DNA from: Pseudolabrys sp.
Lineage (GTDB): Bacteria > Pseudomonadota > Alphaproteobacteria > Rhizobiales > Xanthobacteraceae
Direction: 5' to 3'
NCBI GenBank assembly: GCA_035626335.1
Contig: DASPNW010000023.1
Location: forward strand, 14,738-78,737
DNA length: 64,000 nt
Shown: one piece after another, positions 1 through 8,800 of the stretch
Numbering within the stretch: the first letter of the stretch is position 1
Layout of the letters: each line of letters opens with the position of its first letter
Position numbers and translations under genes: made by a program
The notes under the pieces: generated by a model
Told to the model about the DNA's origin: nothing
What the model saw: the letters and a program-made list of their open reading frames with translations, nothing else
The model's database searches: none

Positions 1-1
1 C

Positions 2-169
2 GAGACCGAGATTCTTCTTGCCTATGGCGGCGTATGCTTCGCCAGCAAGGTTGGCCAGCTCGCCGGCAATCATTTCCTGACGATCACATCGGATCTGGAC
101 AAGCTCGCCGCGGTCGGGCGCGCAGTACTGTGGGAAGGCGCCAAGACCATCCGTATCGAAAGCGCCTGA
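2..169 (+). CDS. DUF3830-like protein, 3' end only (runs off window start)
   Basis: Frame 2 reads ETEILLAYGGVCFASKVGQLAGNHFLTITSDLDKL...IRIESA*; TGA at 167-169. Confidence 0.7.
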   Translation, partial: ETEILLAYGGVCFASKVGQLAGNHFLTITSDLDKLAAVGRAVLWEGAKTIRIESA

Positions 170-236
170 CAGTTGAAAACAGCCGCGGCGATCTGTCATG
201 GTGACGATGTCCGGCCGCTAACCGGGGATTTCAACC

Positions 237-1433
237 GTGGATGTCGTCTTCACTGAATCGCTGAGTGCGATCTTGCGCTGGCTTCACGTCATTGCCGGCG
301 TCGCGTGGATAGGCTCCTCGTTCTACTTCATCCATCTCGACCTTAGTCTCAAAAAGCGCGCGGGCCTGCCAGAAGGCGTCAAGGGCGATGCCTGGCAGGT
401 ACACGGTGGCGGCTTCTACCAGATGATCAAGTTCTTGGTGGCGCCTGGAAAGCTGCCGGATGAGCTGACTTGGTTCAAATGGGAAGCCTACACAACCTGG
501 TTGTCCGGGTTTGCGCTGTTGGTGCTCGTCTATTACTTCAATGCCGATCTCTTCTTGATCGACAAATCCGTGCTTGCCATGAGTGCGCCGCAGGCCGCGG
601 CAATCGCGTTCTTCAGCCTGGCTGCGGCCTGGGGCGCTTACGAGGCGCTGTGCCGCTCGCCGTTAGGCAAGCACGAAGTTCCGCTGGCTCTGGTCGGCTA
701 TGTTTTCCTTGTCGCCCTCACGTACGCTTTCACTCACGTGTTCAGCGGACGCGGGGCTTTCACCCAGATCGGGGCGCTAATCGGCACCATTATGGTGGCG
801 AACGTCTTCGTCATCATAATCCCGTATCAGAAGAAGATCGTCGCCGCGATGATCGCCGGTCAAACTCCCGATCCGTTCTGGGGCACGATCGGGAAACAGC
901 GCTCGGTGCACAATAACTATCTCACCCTGCCCGTCATATTTCTGATGCTGAGCAACCACTATCCGCTTTTTTTTGGGACACGATTTAACTGGCTGATCGT
1001 CGCGATCGTGCTGCTTATCGGCCCCGTAATCCGCCATTTCTTTAATTCGCGTCACGAAGGAAGAGGGAACCCCTGGTGGACCTGGGTCGTGGCAGCTGCC
1101 GGCATGCTTGCGATTGCCTGGCTATCGGGAGCCGGTCCTTCCGGCGCAAAGAGCGGCGCGCTGCCCGCTACGCCTAAATTTGCCGATGTTCAGGACATCA
1201 TAATTTCCCGCTGCAGCATGTGTCACGCGAACGAGCCGGTTTGGGCAGGCATCGGCGCAGCGCCAGGCGGTGTGCGACTCGACGATGCTGAACAAATCAG
1301 ACTAAACGCAAGGTTGATCGAGATCTACGCTGTGCGCTCGCACGCCATGCCGCCTGGTAACGTCACAGAACTCGGTGACGAAGACCGGCGAATATTGGAG
1401 ACTTGGCTTCCCGCCAGCGCGTCGGGCAACTGA
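237..1433 (+). CDS. puuD: Urate hydroxylase PuuD (membrane domain plus C-terminal cytochrome c)
   Basis: RWLHVIAGVAWIGSSFYF, QVHGGGFY, WFKWEAYTTWLSGF, KQRSVHNNYLTLPV; heme motif CSMCH. Confidence 0.9.
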   Translation: MDVVFTESLSAILRWLHVIAGVAWIGSSFYFIHLDLSLKKRAGLPEGVKGDAWQVHGGGFYQMIKFLVAPGKLPDELTWFKWEAYTTWLSGFALLVLVYYFNADLFLIDKSVLAMSAPQAAAIAFFSLAAAWGAYEALCRSPLGKHEVPLALVGYVFLVALTYAFTHVFSGRGAFTQIGALIGTIMVANVFVIIIPYQKKIVAAMIAGQTPDPFWGTIGKQRSVHNNYLTLPVIFLMLSNHYPLFFGTRFNWLIVAIVLLIGPVIRHFFNSRHEGRGNPWWTWVVAAAGMLAIAWLSGAGPSGAKSGALPATPKFADVQDIIISRCSMCHANEPVWAGIGAAPGGVRLDDAEQIRLNARLIEIYAVRSHAMPPGNVTELGDEDRRILETWLPASASGN

Positions 1434-1565
1434 GACCCCTCTACTGCCGCGGTTATGTTCATTGGCCGTACAGTCGGAAGATCGCTAGCCTTTGCTGCTT
1501 TTAAAATCGGGCCGGAACGGGCATCGTTGCCACCTTGAAAATATAGCCGCTCTAGACACAACGCG

Positions 1566-2504
1566 ATGCCGACCTTTGAACCCACGCGCAATTTGCTGAT
1601 CATACAGACGGCACATCTTCAAGACCCTGCCGATTGGCTCGCCGTCAAACAACGAATAGACCGTGATGCGCCCGACATTGAGGTTCGTATAGCCGACAAT
1701 GGACATGCCAATTCGGTCACCGCTCGCTGGCAGGTCCGGCGTCCGTCTTTAGTATTCTCACCAATTCAATTGATTAACTTTGTCCCTCGCGGAGGCGCTA
1801 TTTTTTGCGGGCATATTCTAGGCAAGGATGAACAGCTACGTCGGCTATCTTCGATTGATATCTTGACGCCGAGGACAGCGATGCTTTCTTCGGTGCATTC
1901 CCTCGATCCTTCGGAATGGGGCGAATTCGTTGTCGTCAAGCCAAACAATTCAAATTCGAGCAAAGGGTTGAAGCTCGTTCGCTCCACCGATCTTGCCGCG
2001 CGTTACAACGAATTGACCGCACTTGCCGACGATCAAATCCTGGTTCAGCCCTACATCGACCATGCCGAAGATGGGTACCCGACTATCTATCGGGTTCTGA
2101 CCATGTTTGGCCGCGCCCTATATTGTGTCTGGAACCGGTGGGACAAGAAGCGCCCGCCACTTGCTCAAATCGCCGACGACCCGTCTGGGGTCATCGCCAC
2201 AAATGACAATTCGATGGGTCAGGTCCGTTCGCTCTGTAATGATCCCGGGATCGTTGCTCTCGGTGAACGTGCTCACGAAGCGTTCCCAGAATGCCCCGTA
2301 CTTGGAGTCGACATTATTCGCGACGTCCAAAGCGGACGACTCTATGTTCTGGAGGTCAACCCGCACGGTAACGTGTGGCATTTGTCGTCGCCATTCGCAA
2401 AAAAGGTTGATCCAGAATATGTGCGCGCTCGTTATGCCCAATTCAATGCGCTGGATCGCGCAGCCGACCTCTTGATCCAAAAAACTCGCAGCGAGGCCCG
2501 GTGA
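1566..2504 (+). CDS. Divergent ATP-grasp fold protein (RimK-like C-terminal half)
   Basis: VVVKPNNSNSSKG, LVQPYID, YRVLTMFG, GVDIIRD...YVLEVNP (E-x-N). Confidence 0.65.
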   Translation: MPTFEPTRNLLIIQTAHLQDPADWLAVKQRIDRDAPDIEVRIADNGHANSVTARWQVRRPSLVFSPIQLINFVPRGGAIFCGHILGKDEQLRRLSSIDILTPRTAMLSSVHSLDPSEWGEFVVVKPNNSNSSKGLKLVRSTDLAARYNELTALADDQILVQPYIDHAEDGYPTIYRVLTMFGRALYCVWNRWDKKRPPLAQIADDPSGVIATNDNSMGQVRSLCNDPGIVALGERAHEAFPECPVLGVDIIRDVQSGRLYVLEVNPHGNVWHLSSPFAKKVDPEYVRARYAQFNALDRAADLLIQKTRSEAR

Positions 2505-2624
2505 AGATCGATACCTGTCGCCGCCTCGTTGACGATTTCGATCTTCGAGGGCATGCTTTTACTATCTTGATGATGTTGCCAAGCTTTGTGGATTTCATAA
2601 CCGGATTAGCTAGCGGGCTTTGAA

Positions 2625-3134
2625 ATGTCCGAGGTCATGTTGCGCAAGTTGTCAGACAATGACCTGCCGCGGGTTATCGAAATCCTGTCGTACTGGAATA
2701 TGGCTCCGGTCGAGCCAACAGCGACAGTGCCTGTTGTCGAAACTACGGGGCTCGAGCCTGAGCGTACTACGATTGCAATCGTTCGGCATAAGATAGTGGG
2801 CGTCGCGAGTTACATCGTGTTGGACAACGGCTGGGCCGAAACGGTAAGCCTTGCTGTCGATCCGGCTTGGCGCGGCCACGGCATTGGTGAGAAATTACAA
2901 ATCGCCCGCCTCAAGGAAATGAAGAAGATCGGAATACAAAATGTGAAGACTGAATCTGATCGACCCGAGGTCATTGGTTGGTATATCCGAAAATTCGGCT
3001 ATCGGGTCGCAGGTACCTCACCAAAAAAACATGATTTTTGCAGACACGACGTGACGCACTGGACGGTGCTCAATCTCGATCTTCGAAAATGGCACCCGCG
3101 CGGGGCAGTTACTGCAAGTTCGGCAAATCCGTAG
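2625..3134 (+). CDS. GNAT family N-acetyltransferase
   Basis: SLAVDPAWRGHGIGEKL acetyl-CoA motif A; 169 aa. Confidence 0.85.
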   Translation: MSEVMLRKLSDNDLPRVIEILSYWNMAPVEPTATVPVVETTGLEPERTTIAIVRHKIVGVASYIVLDNGWAETVSLAVDPAWRGHGIGEKLQIARLKEMKKIGIQNVKTESDRPEVIGWYIRKFGYRVAGTSPKKHDFCRHDVTHWTVLNLDLRKWHPRGAVTASSANP

Positions 3135-3172
3135 CCATAGCCGTCGGAACAACCCTGTGCACGCACTGTTGC

Positions 3173-3200
3173 ATGTCCGCCTTGGGTCAAAAACGGACGT
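3173..3200. repeat. Palindromic intergenic repeat (GTCCG family)
   Basis: ATGTCCGCCTTGGGTCAAAAACGGACGT, 6 bp from the SBP stop codon. Confidence 0.85.
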
Positions 3201-3206
3201 GGCAAC

Positions 3207-4190
3207 CTATTCGATCACCTCGTCAGCGCGGGCGAGCAGCGACGGCGGCACGTTCAGGCCGAGTGCTTTCGCGGTCTTGAGATTGATGACCAATTCGTAT
3301 TTGTTCGGAGTTTGCACCGGCAAATCAGCGGGCTTTTCACCTTTAAGAATGCGGTCTACGTAGCCCGCCGCTTGCCGATACTGATCGACGCGATCCGGCC
3401 CATAGGACATCAGACCGCCAAGCGTCACAAAGATGCGGTCCACGTAAACGGTAGGCAGGCGATATTTTGCTGCAAGAGCAACAATCGACTTACGATGGAC
3501 GATCGCCCCGCCCCCTTGCCCAACGAGCATGGCGCTCGAGGGGCGCGCGAAGGCCGCCACCGCGCTTTCGAGGTCGGCGGGGCTGCGAAAGTTCATCACA
3601 GCCAACTCCAAGTGAAGCGAGGATGCAACGGTTTGGATGGCACTGACCTGACCGACACCGGCCGCTGTCGCGTTATCGCGAATTACCGCTACGCGCGTTA
3701 CACTTGGTGCGATCTCTTTGAGAAGTTCGAGCCACTTCCCGCCGATAGAATATTCAAAACTGGCAAATCCCGTGGCGTTGCCCCCCGGCCGCGACAAACT
3801 GTCGATATAACCAGCAGCGACCGGATCGGGGACAGTTGCAAATACGATTGGTATGCTGCTCGTCGCTTGAAGCAGAGGGCCCGTTGCCGAACTCCCCGGT
3901 GCCAGAATGACGTCGGGCGCAAGTGCTACCAATTCGGCGGCGAATTTGCGCGTCTGCTCGGTATTTCCCTTTCCCCAACGCTTCTCAATTTGGACATTTC
4001 GCCCTTCGACCCATCCCAGTTGGACGAGCCGCTCCGTAAACGCCTTCATGCGGGCTTCATACTCTGGATCATCAGCCCCGCTTGGCAACAGCACGCCGAC
4101 GCGCCGCACGCGCTCATTTTGCTGCGCACGCACCACAACCGGCCAAGTTGCAGCCCCGCCAAGTAGCGCGATGAATTGGCGCCGTCGCAT
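3207..4190 (-). CDS. ABC transporter substrate-binding protein (ABC_sub_bind type), orphan
   Basis: MRRRQFIALLGGAATWPVVVRAQQ leader; ends INLKTAKALGLNVPPSLLARADEVIE; start moved to MRRR. Confidence 0.9.
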   Translation of the reverse strand: MRRRQFIALLGGAATWPVVVRAQQNERVRRVGVLLPSGADDPEYEARMKAFTERLVQLGWVEGRNVQIEKRWGKGNTEQTRKFAAELVALAPDVILAPGSSATGPLLQATSSIPIVFATVPDPVAAGYIDSLSRPGGNATGFASFEYSIGGKWLELLKEIAPSVTRVAVIRDNATAAGVGQVSAIQTVASSLHLELAVMNFRSPADLESAVAAFARPSSAMLVGQGGGAIVHRKSIVALAAKYRLPTVYVDRIFVTLGGLMSYGPDRVDQYRQAAGYVDRILKGEKPADLPVQTPNKYELVINLKTAKALGLNVPPSLLARADEVIE

Positions 4191-4238
4191 GTAGCCCCCC
4201 TCATGCAAGGCTTAAAGGCTAGCACTTTGCGGCCCCTC

Positions 4239-4267
4239 ATGTCCGCTATGGGTATAACGCGGCTCAT
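4239..4267. repeat. Degenerate palindromic repeat (GTCCG family)
   Basis: ATGTCCGCTATGGGTATAACGCGGCTCAT. Confidence 0.65.
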
Positions 4268-4287
4268 GCGACGCGGCAAAACGACCA

Positions 4288-4428
4288 TTATTCGATCAGG
4301 GTGTCGGCGCGCAGCAAGAACTTTTCAGGAATCGTGAGGCCGATAGCTTTTGCGGTCCTTAGATTGATCGCTAGCTCAAACTTCGTAGGCTGCTCAATTG
4401 GAATATCTTTTGGCTTTTGGCCTTGCAA
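4288..4428 (-). pseudogene. C-terminal 46-codon fragment of an ABC_sub_bind SBP
   Basis: [46 protein letters not shown]; no upstream coding sequence, 5' break abuts a repeat. Confidence 0.85.
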
Positions 4429-4429
4429 A

Positions 4430-4454
4430 GTCCGCTTTGCCCAATAGCGGACAT
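4430..4454. repeat. Palindromic intergenic repeat (GTCCG family)
   Basis: GTCCGCT-TTGCCCAAT-AGCGGAC-AT, perfect 7-bp arms. Confidence 0.9.
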
Positions 4455-4461
4455 CACTGAC

Positions 4462-5877
4462 CTACTGTGCCGCGACCTTTTCGGCGTCCGGCAACTTCCA
4501 CACCTTGTCGAAGAATTCCTTCTTCGGCCCGTAGAAACGCGCCATCAGTTCGAACTTGCGAGCGGGATCGGTGGGGACCCAATTCGATTCCTTTCCCGCC
4601 GGAGCCTTTGGTCCGAAATAGACGTCGATTGAGCCATCGGCGTTCTTCTGAATCTCGGGAATTTGCGATGAGCGGCTCGCGCGCGGCATATTCTTAATTA
4701 ATGCGTGTGTCTCCCGGTCGTAGGCGGTCACCGACCAGTATTGGTCGACCGGCACGTTTGAGGGCACGTTGAGCCGATAGGTCTTGGCTCCGTCGAAGGA
4801 GTCGCCGTCCTTGTCCCGGATTGAGATCGAATAGAACTGTCCCGCTCCAAGCCGTTTGAGGCCTATAAAGGCATAACTGTAAGCCATCCCACGTTCGTCG
4901 ACGGGATACACATTTATGTCGGCATAGCCATCCTGCATCACTTTGATCAAGTCCGGAGGGGCCGGTGCCGTCCAGCGACTTGCAGCCGAGAAAAAGGGCG
5001 GGAGGCCCGCGTCATATTTGGCCTCGAGAAACGCGTGTGCTTCTCGCGCCGCGGAAGTAAGCAACGTCTTAGTCGCGTCACTGGGCGTAAAGGGCTTTCC
5101 CTTTTCAATTCCGAGGGTCTTGAGCTGGTCGATCATCGCGCGGTCGCGTTGCAGCCATGGCTCGTTCTGCACCATGCGGTCGAGATTGTTGAAGAAGCTC
5201 GCGTCGTAGCGAATCGTGGAGTCGAAGTCGATGTCCTTGACGTCCGTGAACACCGTTGGTGGCGGATTGGCGGCCTGCGCCAGTGGATAAATTTTCATCC
5301 TTTTGCCGTATGCGATTGCTGCATCGACATCGGCCGGGCTGTGGCTCTTGAGGTTCGCCCGGAACAGCATATAGCCGCCGAATGTATCGGACTGCCGTGC
5401 CGCGTAGCCTTTTGGCGGAGTCCGCTTGTAGCCCGGCGGCAAGATCAGAAGCTTGACGCCCTTTCCCTTGTCGATGCCGAACCGGCCGGCATCCTCAAGC
5501 GGCATCTGCCACACCGTGACGATATTGGCGTTGAACGAGCCGCCGGCGTCTGCGGGCGGCAAGTCGAGTACGATGGGGCCGTCCTTCGTGTTGTAGAAGG
5601 CCATGAAGTAGAGCGCGTCCGGGTTCGGCGTCAGCGTTTGGTTTTTAGAATCGAGTGGCCTGCCCCAATAGATGACCTGATTCACCTTGCCGTTCGTCTT
5701 GCTGAGCATTTCCTGAACCATCAAATCATAGTTCACGACCGGCATGCCCCAGACGACAGCTTCAAACGCGCGCCGCTCTAAAATTCGGCGGTTCAGTTCA
5801 TCAGGAGATGGGGTCTGCGCGTGTGATGACACCGCTGCGAAGATCAAGATTAAAGCAGAAATCAACGCGTTTCTCAT
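4462..5877 (-). CDS. DUF1254/DUF1214 domain exported protein
   Basis: Signal peptide MRNALIS...; LTPNPDALY; QYWSVTAYD; NWVPTDP...FELMARFYGP; RBS GGAGGGG. Confidence 0.85.
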   Translation of the reverse strand: MRNALISALILIFAAVSSHAQTPSPDELNRRILERRAFEAVVWGMPVVNYDLMVQEMLSKTNGKVNQVIYWGRPLDSKNQTLTPNPDALYFMAFYNTKDGPIVLDLPPADAGGSFNANIVTVWQMPLEDAGRFGIDKGKGVKLLILPPGYKRTPPKGYAARQSDTFGGYMLFRANLKSHSPADVDAAIAYGKRMKIYPLAQAANPPPTVFTDVKDIDFDSTIRYDASFFNNLDRMVQNEPWLQRDRAMIDQLKTLGIEKGKPFTPSDATKTLLTSAAREAHAFLEAKYDAGLPPFFSAASRWTAPAPPDLIKVMQDGYADINVYPVDERGMAYSYAFIGLKRLGAGQFYSISIRDKDGDSFDGAKTYRLNVPSNVPVDQYWSVTAYDRETHALIKNMPRASRSSQIPEIQKNADGSIDVYFGPKAPAGKESNWVPTDPARKFELMARFYGPKKEFFDKVWKLPDAEKVAAQ

Positions 5878-5966
5878 GGGGCACCCCCCTCCTGTGCGCA
5901 GGAAAGGTAAAGCGTCTAATCTTCTAAGATGCGCGAGCGGCGGTCGAGTTGGACCCAAGTCCAATA

Positions 5967-6040
5967 ATGATCCGCTTTACCCCCAAGAGCGGACATGTAG
6001 GTGCAATCCGTGGTGCCTGCTAAGGGCCAATAGCGGACAT
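5967..6040. repeat. Compound (two-unit) palindromic repeat
   Basis: TCCGCTTTACCCCCAAGAGCGGACAT-gtag-GTGCAATCCGTGGTGCCTGCTAAGGGCCAATAGCGGACAT. Confidence 0.85.
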
Positions 6041-6094
6041 TTCCAAAGGGTGAACTACCTCACTCAAAAGCGACGCGCGCACCGTTCACGGAAA

Positions 6095-6622
6095 TTAAAC
6101 CTCGTCCTGTCGCGAACGAATGGGTGCCGGTACCCGGCGAACCGGACGTTTGCCACTTTTCATATCAGCGAGTGATCCGTTAGACGGGAATCTGTTTGAT
6201 CCAAATCTCAGAACCAGAACGGCAAAAGACAACAAAAGAATTGCTCCCGAAACAATGAGGATATCCATCCCTGTTCTATGCTCTGCGCTAACGAGTTCTA
6301 TGAGAACTCGAGCCAAAGCGGTGATGGCAATATAAATCAGGTAACGGACTGGCAGCCTTGTCGTTTTGAAGTAAATTCCAACCATTGCGCCGATTTCTAG
6401 ATAGATAAACAGGAGCAGGAGATCTCCGAGATCGGCTCGCCCTCGATGCACCATGCCCAGGAAAGCCCCGACAGCGGACCACACGGTGGTCGCACCAAGC
6501 GCGAACAGCGCCAGATAATGAAAAGTATCGACCAACAGCGTTCCGAATGCATCAGAGAAAGTCCTCAGGTCCGCGTGAAGACTGGAGGCGAGCCGGTTAA
6601 ATCGGTGTGTGTATTCGGACAT
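6095..6622 (-). CDS. Phosphate-starvation-inducible PsiE family membrane protein
   Basis: DLLLLFIYLEIGAMVGIYFKTTRLPVRYLIYIAITALAR; RBS GGAGAA. Confidence 0.85.
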   Translation of the reverse strand: MSEYTHRFNRLASSLHADLRTFSDAFGTLLVDTFHYLALFALGATTVWSAVGAFLGMVHRGRADLGDLLLLFIYLEIGAMVGIYFKTTRLPVRYLIYIAITALARVLIELVSAEHRTGMDILIVSGAILLLSFAVLVLRFGSNRFPSNGSLADMKSGKRPVRRVPAPIRSRQDEV

Positions 6623-6664
6623 AAGCATTTCTCCCATCGGAGCCTGCATCGTTTAAATGACGCT

Positions 6665-6709
6665 GTGCGGTGCAATCCGAGATCTCTGCCAAGGGCCAAA
6701 AGCGGACAT
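6665..6709. repeat. Repeat unit, 34/40 identical to 6001-6040
   Basis: GTGCAATCCGAGATCTCTGCCAAGGGCCAAAAGCGGACAT at 6670-6709, 2 bp from the SBP stop. Confidence 0.85.
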
Positions 6710-6711
6710 GC

Positions 6712-7707
6712 CTAGTCGATCACCTGGTCTGCGCTCACCAGGATTGAAGACGGCACCTCAAGGCCAAGCGCCTTGGCGGTTTTGAGATTGACCGCAATCT
6801 CAAATTTGGTTGGCACCTGCACAGGTAGATTGGCCGGTTTCTCTCCGCGCAAGACGCGATCAACATAAGGCGCTGCGCGTCGGACGATATCCGCGAGATC
6901 GGGACCGTACGAAAGCAAACCACCCGCAACGACAACGTCGCGCCAGGGATAAACCGCCGGTACGTGGTTGCGGGCTGCCAGTGATATCGCCGTTTCTCGA
7001 TTGATGAATAAGAAAAAGTCCGCCATTGCGACAAAGCCACTTCCAGGCTCGCGCCCCAGATCGGTTATTACCGCTTCAAGCTCGGCAACACTGTGTATAG
7101 GCGCCGCAATCGGCCGCACATTGAGGGACCGCGCGGACGCTTCAAAATCAGGCATGTAATACTTGCCGTGTCCGGGCGCCGTGTCCGGATCGAAGATCAT
7201 GGCTGCCCGTGTCACTGAGGGTGCGATCTGCTTGAGCAATTCCATCCACTTGCCGCCAATCGAAGACTCGGAATTATGAAACCCCGTGATGTTTCCGCCG
7301 GGATGGGACAGGCTCGCGACAAAGCCTTCACCGACCGGATCGGAGACAATAGCGAAGACAATTGGAATTGTACGCGTTTCGCGTTGAAGGGCGGCGGTGA
7401 CGGGTGTTCCGAATGAGAGAATGACATCCGGCTGAAAGGCTACCAACTCCTTTGCAAACGTTCGCATGCGATCAACGTTGTCACCGGCCCAGCGAACGTC
7501 CGTGTGTGGCTTGCGACCTCCGCTCCAGCCCAACTTCGCGAGCTCATCGTCGAACAAAGAAAGCCAACTTCTCGCCCTGGCGTCAGTCTCATTGAACGCC
7601 ATAAGGACGCCGATACGTCGTGCACGGTCCGTCTGTTGTGCATGGGCGACAACAGGCCAGACGGGGGCGGCACTGCCGAGGAGTTTGATGAAATCGCGCC
7701 GTCTCAT
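6712..7707 (-). CDS. ABC transporter substrate-binding protein (ABC_sub_bind type), orphan
   Basis: MRRRDFIKLLGSAAPVWPVVAHAQQ; ends VNLKTAKALGLEVPSSILVSADQVID. Confidence 0.9.
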   Translation of the reverse strand: MRRRDFIKLLGSAAPVWPVVAHAQQTDRARRIGVLMAFNETDARARSWLSLFDDELAKLGWSGGRKPHTDVRWAGDNVDRMRTFAKELVAFQPDVILSFGTPVTAALQRETRTIPIVFAIVSDPVGEGFVASLSHPGGNITGFHNSESSIGGKWMELLKQIAPSVTRAAMIFDPDTAPGHGKYYMPDFEASARSLNVRPIAAPIHSVAELEAVITDLGREPGSGFVAMADFFLFINRETAISLAARNHVPAVYPWRDVVVAGGLLSYGPDLADIVRRAAPYVDRVLRGEKPANLPVQVPTKFEIAVNLKTAKALGLEVPSSILVSADQVID

Positions 7708-7770
7708 TGCCGCCCCAGAAGTCATAAGGCGCGCATCGTATCGATTCAAACCGGTATACCGGAAGGGGGG
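7708..7770 (-). promoter_or_regulatory. Conserved promoter/leader module
   Basis: CCCTTCCGG-N18-TACGAT-N27-ATG; same layout before genes starting at 19121, 38777, 61383, 62933. Confidence 0.6.
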
Positions 7771-7791
7771 CTTTGGAAGAGGCCGATTTCC

Positions 7792-7818
7792 ATGTCCGCT
7801 TTGGGCCAAAAGCGGACT
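7792..7818. repeat. Palindromic intergenic repeat (near-consensus copy)
   Basis: ATGTCCGCTTTGGGCCAAAAGCGGACT. Confidence 0.9.
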
Positions 7819-7833
7819 TGGGCCCGTTTTCGG

Positions 7834-8091
7834 TTAGCGGCGGTTTCCGTAAAGCGTATAGTTCGGACAGACGGCCACATCAAAACCGGTGGGTGTTCCG
7901 CCCGGTGTGTAGCCCATTTCGGGATGGCAGCCGCGCGGAACCGGGTTGCAGCCGACGACGGTGCAGGCAATCTGCGGCTGTTCAGCAGCGGCAGCCTTCG
8001 TGTGACGCTTTTTGTGCGCAGGCGCCGCGCTGGCCGGCATCAACGCAAGAGCAAGCACAACGGCCGAAGTAAGGGGTACGATTGTTTTCAT
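7834..8091 (-). CDS. Small secreted Cys-containing hypothetical protein
   Basis: Signal peptide MKTIVPLTSAVVLALALMPASA; CTVVGCNPVPRGCHP; RBS AGAGGA. Confidence 0.7.
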   Translation of the reverse strand: MKTIVPLTSAVVLALALMPASAAPAHKKRHTKAAAAEQPQIACTVVGCNPVPRGCHPEMGYTPGGTPTGFDVAVCPNYTLYGNRR

Positions 8092-8202
8092 CGCGATCCT
8101 CTGAGCCTTTCTGCAAGGCAATGCCATCAAAATCGCCGCCTTTCATTCATAGGTAAATGGTTCGCAGTTCTCGGGCGTGTATTCATGACGCCTCGCAATG
8201 AC

Positions 8203-8571
8203 TCACCGCGCGGCCAAGTTGATGTTGCCCATCAACCAGATTGCCAAGGCCGCAACGAGCCCTGCGCTGGCGAACACTCCCGATACTACGGCAGCGCTAA
8301 ACAGAATCACCCCTAATGCATACGCGATCCTATCGAGTGCCCATCGTATCACTCCGATGAAGCGGCCGAACACCCAATAGAATGCATACAGGAGGAGGAG
8401 GAGCACCAGAACGAGAACTACAATCTTCAGGATCGGAGCGCCCCCGAATTGCGTACCAAGAAGCCGCGAGATCTGGCTGATGCCCCATAAGCATCCGAAT
8501 ACAATCACGTCGACGAGCCAGCCAAATCCCTGCTTAAGCCATGCACCAAACTCCCGAATCAGGTGCTCCAT
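8203..8571 (-). CDS. Hypothetical membrane protein
   Basis: Several hydrophobic stretches; start uncertain. Confidence 0.5.
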   Translation of the reverse strand: MEHLIREFGAWLKQGFGWLVDVIVFGCLWGISQISRLLGTQFGGAPILKIVVLVLVLLLLLYAFYWVFGRFIGVIRWALDRIAYALGVILFSAAVVSGVFASAGLVAALAIWLMGNINLAAR

Positions 8572-8800
8572 ACGCAAGTCCCTTGTTTGGACTGCCCAGC
8601 CACCAACGCTACGGCAACGAATTTGTTTCAAGCGATGTTCCCGCAGTTTGCAGCCATTCACGGCGACTTGATTGCGGGTACAAAAACCTAATTAGCGACA
8701 CCCCGAGACATTTTTGCGGATGCGCGCGAGATTTCCCAAGACACGGCGGCATAGCCTGCCGTAGCTGGCGTGCCAATGCCAGCGGCGGGCCGGTCAACGA

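Noticed and set aside
3312-4166. Long plus-strand ORFs antisense to the SBP genes (also 18234-18797, 60574-60903) and short YSITSSAR... ORFs
   Set aside because: Shadow frames of well-supported minus-strand SBP genes in GC-rich DNA.
6611-6622. psiE start ATGTCCG equals the repeat arm
   Set aside because: A 7-bp match encoding Met-Ser with no partner arm; probably chance.
3173-7818. CRISPR array or classical attC sites
   Set aside because: Spacers are gene-sized and irregular, no cas genes are present, and the repeats lack RYYYAAC/GTTRRRY cores and a nearby intI.
7504-8316. ORFs containing MSALGQKRT (also 3038-3280)
   Set aside because: This peptide is just the translation of the palindrome and has no independent coding signal.
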